From a virus, in the IMG/VR virus record IMGVR_UViG_3300036766_000837, positions 50,932 to 114,931 of that record: a stretch of 64,000 nucleotides of DNA; one strand, given 5' to 3'. Positions 20,601 through 29,284 of this stretch are shown piece after piece; position 1 is the stretch's first letter; each line of letters opens with the position of its first letter. The position numbers and the translations under genes are program-made. A model generated the notes under the pieces. It was not told the DNA's origin, did no database searches, and saw only the letters and a list, made by a program, of their open reading frames with translations.

Positions 20601-22845
20601 TTGCCGCATCAACATCATGAGACAATACCTCGGTTCTACTGGTTAGAGATTCAATAGAATGACTTGATGTTTCCGTCTTCTTGACAAGAGTATTGATATT
20701 AGAGAAAACTATTGTGGCTTTTCCAATCAAGGCGTCGGCAGAAGAAATTATAGTCTTCGATTTTTGAAGGGTTGCATCTACAGAGTTTGTTGCCATTCTG
20801 GTTTGCAATATCAAAGAGGCAACACTTGAAGCCGCGACCGTCTGTTTCTGAAGACCAGAATCTATTTCCGTGGATACTATTGGAGTCTTCTGTACCAATG
20901 CAGTTATATCGTCTTGTATTCTTCCCCTTATTTGTATTAGAGATTCAACCGAAGAATTAGTGGCCCCAGATTTCTTTATAGAGGAATCTATCGAACCAAT
21001 AATTGTGGTCGTCTTTTTGATTAAAACATCAAGGGTCGAGATTGCCGGGAAGGACTTCTTTATTAAGGCATCAAGGAAGTTGGCATTTATCTGAGTTTTC
21101 TCTATAGAAGAGTCAACATTATTAGATGCCGCATTTCTTGTAACGATATAGGAATCAAGAATTGAGTATGGATTTAGAACCTTCTTGATTAAGGCGACGA
21201 TAGTGGTTGTCCATATACGCTCTATGTCTAATATGGCATCAGCATTTGCAAAGAGAGTTATAGTTTTTCGAATATCAGAATCTATACTAGTAGTAATCGA
21301 TTGAGTCTTTAAAATTCCAGAGTCAACATTAGAGTTGACATAGAATGCTTTCCTCACCAAAGCATCAATAGAAAAAATTATAGTAGTTGATTTTTTCAGT
21401 AATCCGTCAACCGAAGAATCAACCGTTTGAGTCTTTTTGATTAAAACATCAAGACTATTACTTACAGTTTGGGATTTCTTTATCAAAGTATCGACATTAT
21501 TAACTGTTTGAATCGTTTTATTTCTTAAGGCGTCGATACTATCTATGACGGTCTGAGTTTTTTTGCGTAACGAATCTATACTATTAACTATCTGGCTTCT
21601 TTTTGTTGGTAGAGAATCGATTGTGGATGATATTATTGCCGATTTTTTAATCAGGGTATCAATGCTATTAGAAATAGATAAAGTTTTCTTGATGTCAGTG
21701 TCGAGAGAATGAGTTTTTGTATATGTGCCGCCGCTGGTCTTACGAGCTTGGAAGGAGAACCCATATCCACCCTGCTCCGTCCACGTGGACCCGCTGTAGT
21801 ACCAGTAGGTCCAGGGTGAGGATGCAATACCCACCTTGTAGTAGTTAGTATCGCTAAGGGTTGAAGTGCGTGCGATGTTCACCCAATAGGTGGTCTCTGC
21901 GGTAACGGCGTATGGCGAGGTGAAGGTGACTTCATACCAGGCCACCGTCTGGACATCAACCGTCGCCGAGACGGCATTTGCTCCATCCTTGGATGTGCGG
22001 ATAGAGACCTGCACGTCATCGGTAGGGGTTCCCTGCTTCTGCATGAGGATTGCAATCTTCTCTACAGAACAGGATTCCCGTGGAACGAATGAACAAGAAT
22101 CCTCCTGGTTACCGCTTGCCATTCCAAATGAGGAGAGAAGCGCGGGGGCGGCTAGTGCTCCGCTTTCCGCCACCACCGGAGAGAGGTCCCCTAGAACAGC
22201 AACGGTCCAGGCTACCGTTTCCTCAGAACCCGATAGGGCGAAAGTGCCGGGGTCTTCCGCTATCGCGGTGGCCGAGATGGTCCGCTGTGAGACAGCCCCG
22301 CCGCAGTCGCCGGAGCCAGTACCCGAGTTGCCCGATTGAACTACCGCGTAGTTCGTCGGGCTTGTGGAGTATGTGTCGGTGTGGTCATTGGATTCTGCCG
22401 CGAGATAGAGGACATCGCGGGCTTCCTTCAGCGCGGGGACGGCTGGCGGGTCCGGGTTCGCGGTGGTCGCTACAACGGCCGCCGGGATGATGAGCGGGTA
22501 CTCGCGGGTGACGCCCGAGATCCGCATGGCGATGGCCTCGCAGGTCTCGCTCTTCGTCCCGAGGATGTGAACGTCTACATCGAGTTCAACCCCGGTGCAC
22601 CAACGGTAGAACCAGGTACTCGATGGCGTATCGCCGCCGCTGTAACCGATGACGGTCAATGCCTGGTCTCCACCGACCACGTTGAAGTGCGCCGTCAGCG
22701 CGTTACCCGCACCGTCCGTCGAACAGAAGATGAGGCACAGGTCCCCGGCGGCGAAGTTCGGAAGTGTCGTCCCGGTGATGGTGTACGAGGTCGCGTTCGA
22801 GGCGAAGGCGTGCTTAGTGGATTCCTCAATCACCGGCGCAGCCAC
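17632..22845 (-). CDS. Giant Ser/Thr-rich fibre-like virion protein: ~370-aa globular N-terminus plus ~90-95 14-aa repeats
   Basis: Repeat consensus (K/R)xxxxxSx(I/V)(D/E)(S/A)LI over about residues 375-1680; lies between capsid and adaptor genes. Confidence 0.7.
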   Translation of the reverse strand: MAAPVIEESTKHAFASNATSYTITGTTLPNFAAGDLCLIFCSTDGAGNALTAHFNVVGGDQALTVIGYSGGDTPSSTWFYRWCTGVELDVDVHILGTKSETCEAIAMRISGVTREYPLIIPAAVVATTANPDPPAVPALKEARDVLYLAAESNDHTDTYSTSPTNYAVVQSGNSGTGSGDCGGAVSQRTISATAIAEDPGTFALSGSEETVAWTVAVLGDLSPVVAESGALAAPALLSSFGMASGNQEDSCSFVPRESCSVEKIAILMQKQGTPTDDVQVSIRTSKDGANAVSATVDVQTVAWYEVTFTSPYAVTAETTYWVNIARTSTLSDTNYYKVGIASSPWTYWYYSGSTWTEQGGYGFSFQARKTSGGTYTKTHSLDTDIKKTLSISNSIDTLIKKSAIISSTIDSLPTKRSQIVNSIDSLRKKTQTVIDSIDALRNKTIQTVNNVDTLIKKSQTVSNSLDVLIKKTQTVDSSVDGLLKKSTTIIFSIDALVRKAFYVNSNVDSGILKTQSITTSIDSDIRKTITLFANADAILDIERIWTTTIVALIKKVLNPYSILDSYIVTRNAASNNVDSSIEKTQINANFLDALIKKSFPAISTLDVLIKKTTTIIGSIDSSIKKSGATNSSVESLIQIRGRIQDDITALVQKTPIVSTEIDSGLQKQTVAASSVASLILQTRMATNSVDATLQKSKTIISSADALIGKATIVFSNINTLVKKTETSSHSIESLTSRTEVLSHDVDAAIEVYGYSAYNVEAVIQITGRIFHSIEGYLVNWILLLTTIDSLVWRTSIASTAIDVLIRKVSRIESVVDALQQKQGEKTTAIDSLILFSISRYSLIDSRISMRLSVSSTIQSLIRSTFVAVSSIDSLILLTNKTQNILESLVEKSAWVYSGTESLNKKTTGIYTEIETLVQHLYQIENIIDSLIQKLYTKTIDVSASILKLSTINFEIGSLLRTTNAISHAVSSSLDKAGYVAVSLKALIEKTSRESSNADTKIVVRGEVSSGIDVGILITPTVSHDLEVLISKTERPNSTIESLILSFTIKSTEIESLIGSTFQTYESIDALIKHTYITSGSVDTSILRTAFVVNLIDTVISKASIVVESNADALIEQGFSTNHDIEALILRFATVASLIGSLIQRGEISSSEIDALTLTSSAISHSVDVVVFIGTVVTSQIDASIISTSQEETSIDTDIVIRGIWQSDIDSLVEKTNGQESYADSLILSTQTVAFVVEALIQKSRTIISSIDADILQILQQQTSLGSLIEFSSSSWTTIETLKLKVETLAVSIDSLLIATETQSHGTAVLLEKSNTIISNLDALIQHIYSVESAEESLVVKIFDVNTSIDFLRQTTSAISHFIDTVAFIENIRVHLVDTSIIETSEIFAAIDSYIVTRRLVENYVDSDISKTICVESSIDSLVLPARRLSSEITVLVQKSRTIISSIDAIQRKEIGRSSQIESLISHQYGVSQQIDSCIQKTIRIATNIDSSILRLSRVSQAVDFVIYTPKTYVTYIESLLSLQSRIETKITAGIEKIQKISTSISSLITKTITINNIVRSLILNRYSLETSVDSRVEEQGVTTTQIEALIVKSISIESSIRSSISRTSFADTDIVCGIVAQETVNTRLVVSTIAIIRISSAVEAGIIITGNLMHSGVDAYIVRRGRVSHGVYTSLKRKVHKIGPEPSGHMEMSSEALERRANIDPEGGTETSLTSETLERRRSIDGESGGGDKNISF

Positions 22846-22846
22846 G

Positions 22847-23236
22847 TCACGCCCCCATCGTCAACGGGACGATGTAGACGACGCTGGTTCCTGCCGTTCC
22901 CTGTAGCCCACCGAGGAACGGGACCACACCCGTCGGGGACTGCTTGTTGAACCAGTTGTACGCCTCGCAGGTATGCACGAACGCGCCCACCACGTAGGCC
23001 GTGCCGGTGCGGGTGATGGTGGCGTACACCTTCTGGCCGATATCTAGGCTGGTCGGGTCCTGGGTATCGGCGAGTGGGATACCATAGGCGCGGAGTTTTC
23101 CTGACGTGCCCAGGCTCACGACCGCCTCATGGTAGGTGTCGTCGGTCAGGGCAGACGCGAGTGCGGGGGGTGCGTGAGCACCCGTGATCGCACTCGGGGT
23201 CGTGGATGACTTTACGAGCGTGAAGGTGACGAACAT
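22847..23236 (-). CDS. Hypothetical virion-associated protein (GC-rich insert)
   Basis: 129-aa Thr/Ala-rich ORF coupled to the fibre start. Confidence 0.55.
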   Translation of the reverse strand: MFVTFTLVKSSTTPSAITGAHAPPALASALTDDTYHEAVVSLGTSGKLRAYGIPLADTQDPTSLDIGQKVYATITRTGTAYVVGAFVHTCEAYNWFNKQSPTGVVPFLGGLQGTAGTSVVYIVPLTMGA

Positions 23237-23313
23237 CCCACGCCCCCGATGCCGCCGCCTGAAGTCGAGACGATCTGATGCTCGAACCCATCGATGTGGG
23301 TGAGGGTAGGCAA
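23212..23313 (-). pseudogene. Probable truncated 5' remnant of a structural gene
   Basis: SD AGAAGGA + TTG, MPTLTHIDGFEHQIVSTSGGGIGGVG, then runs out of frame into the next gene and stops at 33 aa. Confidence 0.4.
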
Positions 23314-23416
23314 ACTATCCTTCTATATTAAAGATGCCTTTCATCATTGTATTGAGTCTCCGTTTCCCATTGTATTGGGTATGTTTATTATGGCAGTTAT
23401 TTATCTTTGCCGCAAA

Positions 23417-23845
23417 TTACTCTATGCTGATATCCTCATTGGGGAATAACTGAATACCATAGAATATTGGATGCTCCTCCTTAAATTTCCCCGTTGCGAT
23501 TATGGAGCCATCTGGGAATATCCAGTTAAGTGATTGGATATTCTTCCCGCCCACCGTCTGTTGCCAACCAACCAGATAGATTGTCCAATTCATATCTCCA
23601 GTTGAGGCATTGAGGGAATTCCTACGCCGAAATATCAAACGTTGTTCAGGTTCAAGAGCAAGAGCAAAAACGGTCTTCCCAGTTCCTCTATCTAAAATAT
23701 GGAATTCAATAAGTTTTTTTCTGTCGATATCCATATATTTATTTTCAGTATCATCTTCATTAAATTGACGAAAAAATTCATCTTGTCCATATACCGCAAC
23801 CCATTCTATTTCCACGATTATCCTTTCAAATTCATATTTTGCCAT
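23417..23845 (-). CDS. Conserved phage hypothetical protein
   Basis: W.A.Y......Q, QRLIFRRR, YLVGWQ motifs; overlaps upstream gene. Confidence 0.65.
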   Translation of the reverse strand: MAKYEFERIIVEIEWVAVYGQDEFFRQFNEDDTENKYMDIDRKKLIEFHILDRGTGKTVFALALEPEQRLIFRRRNSLNASTGDMNWTIYLVGWQQTVGGKNIQSLNWIFPDGSIIATGKFKEEHPIFYGIQLFPNEDISIE

Positions 23846-24288
23846 TCCTCAAAAGCTGGTTTCCACCGCTCCATCCAAGCGGCGGAAGATTCAAATTGCG
23901 CAAAATCACAATCCTTAAAATATATTACAACATGATCCCCCAATTGGCAAGCCATGGGAAAATCCTTCAATTCAAATACGGCAGCGGGAAGAATCCCTGT
24001 TTGGTCTAGTGTCATATCCAGCAATAATTCATTTTCCACAATGGCAACTAGATGACCGTTCCAATTTCCCTGCGGCACAATATTTGATGGATTTCGGCCA
24101 ATAATGATAAACGGTGAAGGAATCACCACATGAACCGGAAGGGGATATGCTTCGTATCCCTGTAGTTTTAGACACTCGACGGCAAATCTGGTGGAGGAAA
24201 CACATGAGGAGGCAGGGAGATGCTTCAACAATATTTCTCTTCCCTCATTCAATAATAACTCAAAATACCTATTCATATATCTCTTCAA
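23818..24288 (-). CDS. Putative transglutaminase/papain-like protein
   Basis: Cys-His-Asp in order: SCVSST ... NGHLV ... LLDMT. Confidence 0.45.
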   Translation of the reverse strand: MKRYMNRYFELLLNEGREILLKHLPASSCVSSTRFAVECLKLQGYEAYPLPVHVVIPSPFIIIGRNPSNIVPQGNWNGHLVAIVENELLLDMTLDQTGILPAAVFELKDFPMACQLGDHVVIYFKDCDFAQFESSAAWMERWKPAFEEWQNMNLKG

Positions 24289-24763
24289 TCCTTGAAATAA
24301 CCTCTGATAGCTCCATAGTAGACTTTCTTACAGGATTTAGAGTATATGCAGCAGTAGCAACTTCTTCAAGCAATTCTTTGCTCCAGACCTTCTCTCCCAA
24401 TGCTGATGCCACTCCTTTTCTAGATGGAAATTTTTCTAAAGTTAGAACAAATTTCCTGCCTATATCATCTTTTATAGAAAGATAAGGAATCAAAATATTT
24501 GACACATTTAGCAAATTCTTCTTTTTTCCTAAACTCCATCTTGTAAGTCCTGTTTTATCTGGATATAATTTTCCGCCGAATTTATTGACACAGCGTTTAA
24601 GGGCGTTATTATTTTTTTCTGTATCGAGTAATGTTATAGTAATTCGGGGATTCACCATGACAGAATCCACGCCAGTCTTTTTATTCCTTCTAAATAATAC
24701 CTGAATAGAAAAACTTCCTTCGCCATCAAATAATCCGGCTATATACGAAACTTCAGGGTCCAT
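24269..24763 (-). mobile_element. Free-standing LAGLIDADG homing endonuclease
   Basis: SYIAGLFDGEGSFSI; PYLSIK motif; own promoter. Confidence 0.9.
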
Positions 24764-24767
24764 ATGA

Positions 24768-24812
24768 ACACCTCCTAGATTGTATTCTAGGAGATATTCG
24801 CCAATAAGTCAA
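24768..24812 (-). promoter_or_regulatory. Promoter TTGACT-N17-TAGAAT overlapping an SD-sequestering hairpin
   Basis: CTCCTAGA-ATACAA-TCTAGGAG covers most of AGGAGGTG. Confidence 0.75.
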
Positions 24813-24832
24813 GTTTCATTGGTACAAGCAAA

Positions 24833-25387
24833 TTAGGTCTGATCATATTGCCAAGTTAATGTCTCAGCCGTTGTTACACCGGGACCAGCACTTGAAGAAA
24901 CCTCAACCTGATACACAACAAAGTCACCGAAATCGCCCGTGGCTGATCCAATAGAACCAGTCACCGTAAGCATGGTGCCAGAAGAAGCAAAGTTAAAGGC
25001 ACCTGAAGCAGCACTCTGAGAGAAACTCCATCCCGCGCCATAACCCGCAGATGTGAGCGCAGTTCCGGTTGTGCCAGGAGTTCCTGTCGCCATTGCATAT
25101 GCCGATGCCGTCGCAACCTTCAAACTAACACCTGTACCCATCGAGTTGGTTCCGTCTGAATACCACTTGATGTTGTTGATTGCCGTAGCGGGAGCAGCAG
25201 TAGCGGAAAGCCTCGTGCAAACCCAATACGAGTAGTTAAGGTCCGCTGTTGGAACCGGAATCGGATTAGCATTGCCAGGAGCCGGGTCATCTGCCGTGGC
25301 AGCACGGTTGGTTGCAGATGTAATATCCGTCTTAACCGGGGCGCCCGATGTGCTGGTCCATCTAAAAATCTTTACAGTAGCAGCCAA
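24833..25387 (-). CDS. Virion structural protein (head decoration / fibre-base candidate)
   Basis: Ala/Thr/Gly/Ser-rich, NPIP.P....YSYW, terminal W.YD; strong SD; head module. Confidence 0.6.
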   Translation of the reverse strand: MAATVKIFRWTSTSGAPVKTDITSATNRAATADDPAPGNANPIPVPTADLNYSYWVCTRLSATAAPATAINNIKWYSDGTNSMGTGVSLKVATASAYAMATGTPGTTGTALTSAGYGAGWSFSQSAASGAFNFASSGTMLTVTGSIGSATGDFGDFVVYQVEVSSSAGPGVTTAETLTWQYDQT

Positions 25388-25409
25388 AAATTAACACCTC
25401 CATTTTTTA

Positions 25410-25727
25410 TTATTTTTTATAATATTCGGCCATTTCCTCAGGAGAAGCCTTTTTGAATTGCATGGTATAAAGTAACATTTCCGCTTCCCCTTCAGATACA
25501 AACTGGAATGGGTGTTCTCTCAAGAAAGTAACCCCTTCCGCCGTTTCATAACTATAATTATCTGATACCATTCTGAGTAATATTTTCCCAACAGTCAAGT
25601 TTGCAACTATCTCTTTTTTTGTCATTTTTTGTTTTTTGGGTGGTTCTTCAGGTTTTTCACCCATATCCCCCAAAACCTCTGTTGCCGGTCTTCCTCTCCT
25701 AGGAACATCTTTTGATGTAACGACCAT
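25410..25727 (-). CDS. Small head-module protein
   Basis: Follows capsid gene; G.TF..EHPF..V...A pattern. Confidence 0.55.
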   Translation of the reverse strand: MVVTSKDVPRRGRPATEVLGDMGEKPEEPPKKQKMTKKEIVANLTVGKILLRMVSDNYSYETAEGVTFLREHPFQFVSEGEAEMLLYTMQFKKASPEEMAEYYKK

Positions 25728-25817
25728 ATATATCTCCTTTCAAGATAAATTATAGTACAAGAACTTTTAATAAACCACTTTTTCACGCAATCTTAGATAT
25801 GCTATGGCTCTCTCCAA

Positions 25818-25844
25818 AGAAAGGCCCCTACACGGGGCCTTTCT
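25818..25844. terminator. Terminator-like hairpin after major capsid gene
   Basis: AGAAAGGCCCC-TACAC-GGGGCCTTTCT. Confidence 0.75.
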
Positions 25845-25873
25845 CATATATTTTTATTCACCTATAGTTTACA

Positions 25874-26869
25874 TTATTGAATACGTATATCTTTTACGAA
25901 AACCCACGCGTCCAAATTCTCCACCGCATTGCAAACCCTCACAAATACAGTATATTCAATAGCATCCTTCTTCGGTTTAAACTCACGATAAACCTTAACC
26001 TCTCTCTGAACACCAACAATCCTGTTCTGAGGGAACGTTAAGTCCATGAACGTATGGTTACCCGTTTGCCCTGAATACGTACCGGCAAGAGTTTCATCAT
26101 ACAGAGGAACTTCAATAACCGGAATCCCGAATGGACGGAGATTTGTAACTCCACCACCCTGAGAGTTCGTCGGGCTACCAAAGATAACTGAGTCTCCAAG
26201 CGGGGTTGAACGGTCAGTAAGAGCGTTCAGCCAGTCCTGAAGAGGACTAGTCCCCGTATAGAAACGAAGTTGCGACCTCTGTTGCATATATTTCTTCGGC
26301 ATAGCCTTGATAGCAGTATTGAATGTAGCTTTGTCAAGACGATGCGATACATCGGTAAGGGCCGGGGCAGAAACGACATGCGCCCCGTTAAGAGCCCTCT
26401 TATACCATCCATCAAGAGCCTTGAGCAGTGGATCGCCAGTGTTGGTAACGTCGCCGCTGATATATAGGTCTTCAAGGTCGTTGGCAAACTGACCCGACAT
26501 CAAACGAGCGATATGATCTTCAAGGGCTGCACCCTCAAGGTTGTCCTCAAGAGACTCTGTGGTGAGGCTCCAGTCCAAACGAAGCTTCACTGTCTGAAGA
26601 GTAATCTTGGAGAACGACGGATCGGCATCAACATGGTCGTCAACATTCTCCGTCGCCTTACGAACTTTCCTCGTACCAATGGCAATCTTGTCAATCTCAC
26701 GTGTAGGAGCGTTCATTCTAATAAAACGAACTTCCTTAACGAGGACGGACTGATCTACCATATAGTCAATAAAGCGGTCGGCCTGCTCAGGATTAAGAGT
26801 TCCACCACCACCCGAACCGATTAGAGTTGTATCTACAACTTTCTGTAGAAGTTCATTATTGTCGCCCAA
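25874..26869 (-). CDS. Major capsid protein (HK97 fold); likely TTG start at 26869
   Basis: GG.LNPEQA.RFIDY, EDN.EG..LE.HI, DLEDL...GD, KK D..EY motifs; GGAGGTG upstream. Confidence 0.95.
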   Translation of the reverse strand: MGDNNELLQKVVDTTLIGSGGGGTLNPEQADRFIDYMVDQSVLVKEVRFIRMNAPTREIDKIAIGTRKVRKATENVDDHVDADPSFSKITLQTVKLRLDWSLTTESLEDNLEGAALEDHIARLMSGQFANDLEDLYISGDVTNTGDPLLKALDGWYKRALNGAHVVSAPALTDVSHRLDKATFNTAIKAMPKKYMQQRSQLRFYTGTSPLQDWLNALTDRSTPLGDSVIFGSPTNSQGGGVTNLRPFGIPVIEVPLYDETLAGTYSGQTGNHTFMDLTFPQNRIVGVQREVKVYREFKPKKDAIEYTVFVRVCNAVENLDAWVFVKDIRIQ

Positions 26870-26892
26870 TTTAGTTTTAATTTCACCTCCTA

Positions 26893-27459
26893 TTATTTGT
26901 CCCACTCATCAGAGTAGAACGCTCCACCCCAGATTGAATCTGAAGTTTCTGCTTTTACTAAATCTTCTGTGTTAACTTCGGAAGATTTCTTCCCACCGCC
27001 AGAATTCTCAATGGCATCTATTCTCTTAGCCAATTCAGAAAATTTATCATCGAAATAATCTGCGATAACTTTCTTTAAATCTTCAGGTTGTTCGGCTGCG
27101 CCTAGATCGGCATGAGGGAGAACGTTCGCAGGAGTAAAATCATTAGTCCCTACATCCGCCCCAACACCGTCTGTTGAAATCGCGTCGGGAGTAACTTTCT
27201 CCGGACCAACATCAGCAGCGGGAAGGGCCGTTTCCTTTGCAACGGTTACCTCTACCGCATTAAGCGTGGCTCCACCATCATTTGCATTAGAAGTGCCGAC
27301 ACCGGCTTCGCCAGGATCAGAACCAACGGTCTTTCCAGCACCATCTTCGCTGTTCAAATCTTGAACACCGGCAAACGCCTTAAGAACCTCTTCGGCTTCT
27401 CTCTTGGCAACTTCAAAGATATCGGCAATCTTTTCTAGTACCTGTTCGTAGTTTTCCAA
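26893..27459 (-). CDS. Nested in-frame scaffold protein (188 aa)
   Basis: Internal AAGGGAGGTG-11 nt-TTG in frame; upstream TTGCAA-N17-TATTGT. Confidence 0.6.
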   Translation of the reverse strand: MENYEQVLEKIADIFEVAKREAEEVLKAFAGVQDLNSEDGAGKTVGSDPGEAGVGTSNANDGGATLNAVEVTVAKETALPAADVGPEKVTPDAISTDGVGADVGTNDFTPANVLPHADLGAAEQPEDLKKVIADYFDDKFSELAKRIDAIENSGGGKKSSEVNTEDLVKAETSDSIWGGAFYSDEWDK

Positions 27460-29244
27460 ACCGGATATTTCACCTCCCTTATCATTGGAAGCATCTTTGG
27501 TATGCAAAAGTGGAAATATTGTCCTTAACATTTCAACAATATTACCAGAACTATCCTTTTGCAACTTAAGCACCAAATCAGCCTTCTTTGCATCATTAGA
27601 AGTGTTAGGTCCTACAACCCTCCCTCCAGAGAACTTATGTCCCGAACCAAATGCCTTATTTGCGGCAGAAGCAATTTTTCTTCCTATCGCGGCCCATTGA
27701 GACATGGAATAACCACCTGCTTGTCTTTGATTGGGATGATTGAAATACACCATAGCCGCCCTTACCCTCGCCGAAGAATCTATCGGATATTTATAATTGG
27801 CAGGGTCGGCATATTGACTTCTATTTGTAGGTTTGCCCTTAGGAGGAGTCTTACTAGCATTGGTAATTGCTTTATACAAATCCTCTTCAGTCAAAGCCTC
27901 AAAAAATGCAACCTCTTCATCGTCATATATTTTTTTATATTGAACCTCATCATTAGATTTGGTGCGGCCCTTTAGGACTTCAAGTATTTTTTCGGCAGCC
28001 TCTTTGAGACCATCATAGGAATCCTTGTTACCTTCCGCTTTCATCGCACCCTGTTGCGGGCCTCCCTCTGGGAGACTAGTTTGTGTAATAAGTTCTGGGT
28101 TCGCATTTTCTATCTTAGGAGTTGGCGATACTTCTGTCATTTCAAATTGGTTTGTCTCCTTATTATATATTTCTGTCTGATTTGTGCCACCTGTCATATC
28201 AAAATCTTCGGTAACAACATATTTATCTGGATTCTGTATCATCTCGCTGCCACTAATGTCTTCTGTATATACATCGCCAGCCTTATTAAGTTTGAATTCG
28301 TCAACCATCTTTTTCAAATCACTCACTCCCAAAACTTCTGAAACCTCGCCAATCTTAATCATCATGGCGTCACAACTAACACATTCAATGGTAGTTGCTT
28401 CTATATTATCAGTCTTTGCAACATCACAAGGTTCACAATAAAATAAAGCACGGTTTTCAATAATCGCATCCCCAACAGTTAATTCATCATCTTCTAACTT
28501 TAGCAAGGTAGCCCCTTTAGATATATCTTGGAATACTGTTAGGGGATTCATTGGATTATCTACAACCGAAAGTTCTGCTAAATGGTATTTAGTAATCCTC
28601 ATAATATTTCTTACCGAATATTTATCGTCATTTACTGGTTTAACAATATCTGGCCTTCTTTCGAGAACCTTTCCTCCGACCGAATAACCGGAAAGGGTTC
28701 CATCTAAAACTTTCTGCCAGGTATCTTCTGCCCCTTTAGAAATTCTAGACTTTACCCATACACCGTTATAAGAATTTCCGGATTCATCGGTATATTTCTT
28801 CTCTGAAATATCAATAGCTTTTCCAACCGCTATTGGCGCGTGCATCTCACGAATATTTCCAATCCAGGTTTTAAAAGCTTCTTGTGAGGCAGTAAAATCT
28901 ACAACCTCCCCAACCTTATCAATATTGTCTAGAGTTGCAAAGCCCTCAACGGTTCTATCTTTAACGTTAATTTTCGAGAAAGGAATCCCAAAAGCAATAT
29001 TGTCACCATCAATTGCTATGGTTGCTTTCAGAACATCTTCAGTCATTTTCACCCACCTTTCTCCTTTTTTATGATATCCAGCATTTTTAACAGCAAACCA
29101 AGCAATTCTGGCCGCTGAAGAATCATCCGCCCCTCCACCCTTTGCGGAATTAAATGCCGAGGTCCATACGCGTTTAGCGTGACCTGGAAGTTTTTTAATG
29201 CCGGGATTTCTGGCTTCCGCTTCTGCAACACTTTTATAGGGCAT
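26893..29244 (-). CDS. Prohead protease fused to ChaB-like, Zn-ribbon, DUF6582-like and scaffold regions
   Basis: REMH...AVGK, GYSVGG, ELSVVDNP protease motifs; N-terminal LP.HA..VW..AFN...A.IAW.AVK; YADP.NYKYPID; acidic C-terminus. Confidence 0.9.
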   Translation of the reverse strand: MPYKSVAEAEARNPGIKKLPGHAKRVWTSAFNSAKGGGADDSSAARIAWFAVKNAGYHKKGERWVKMTEDVLKATIAIDGDNIAFGIPFSKINVKDRTVEGFATLDNIDKVGEVVDFTASQEAFKTWIGNIREMHAPIAVGKAIDISEKKYTDESGNSYNGVWVKSRISKGAEDTWQKVLDGTLSGYSVGGKVLERRPDIVKPVNDDKYSVRNIMRITKYHLAELSVVDNPMNPLTVFQDISKGATLLKLEDDELTVGDAIIENRALFYCEPCDVAKTDNIEATTIECVSCDAMMIKIGEVSEVLGVSDLKKMVDEFKLNKAGDVYTEDISGSEMIQNPDKYVVTEDFDMTGGTNQTEIYNKETNQFEMTEVSPTPKIENANPELITQTSLPEGGPQQGAMKAEGNKDSYDGLKEAAEKILEVLKGRTKSNDEVQYKKIYDDEEVAFFEALTEEDLYKAITNASKTPPKGKPTNRSQYADPANYKYPIDSSARVRAAMVYFNHPNQRQAGGYSMSQWAAIGRKIASAANKAFGSGHKFSGGRVVGPNTSNDAKKADLVLKLQKDSSGNIVEMLRTIFPLLHTKDASNDKGGEISGLENYEQVLEKIADIFEVAKREAEEVLKAFAGVQDLNSEDGAGKTVGSDPGEAGVGTSNANDGGATLNAVEVTVAKETALPAADVGPEKVTPDAISTDGVGADVGTNDFTPANVLPHADLGAAEQPEDLKKVIADYFDDKFSELAKRIDAIENSGGGKKSSEVNTEDLVKAETSDSIWGGAFYSDEWDK

Positions 29245-29284
29245 TCTAGTTCATTTTATAGTTTTATTGTATAAAAATGCAAGT

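Noticed and set aside
21890-22950. Long plus-strand ORFs opposite the fibre N-terminus (likewise 58334-58894 and 57500-57999)
   Set aside because: Antisense shadows expected in GC-rich coding DNA; no SD or recognisable motifs
24269-24830. Group I intron hosting the LAGLIDADG gene
   Set aside because: Flanking genes look complete and only ~70 bp of non-coding sequence is available, too little for an intron core
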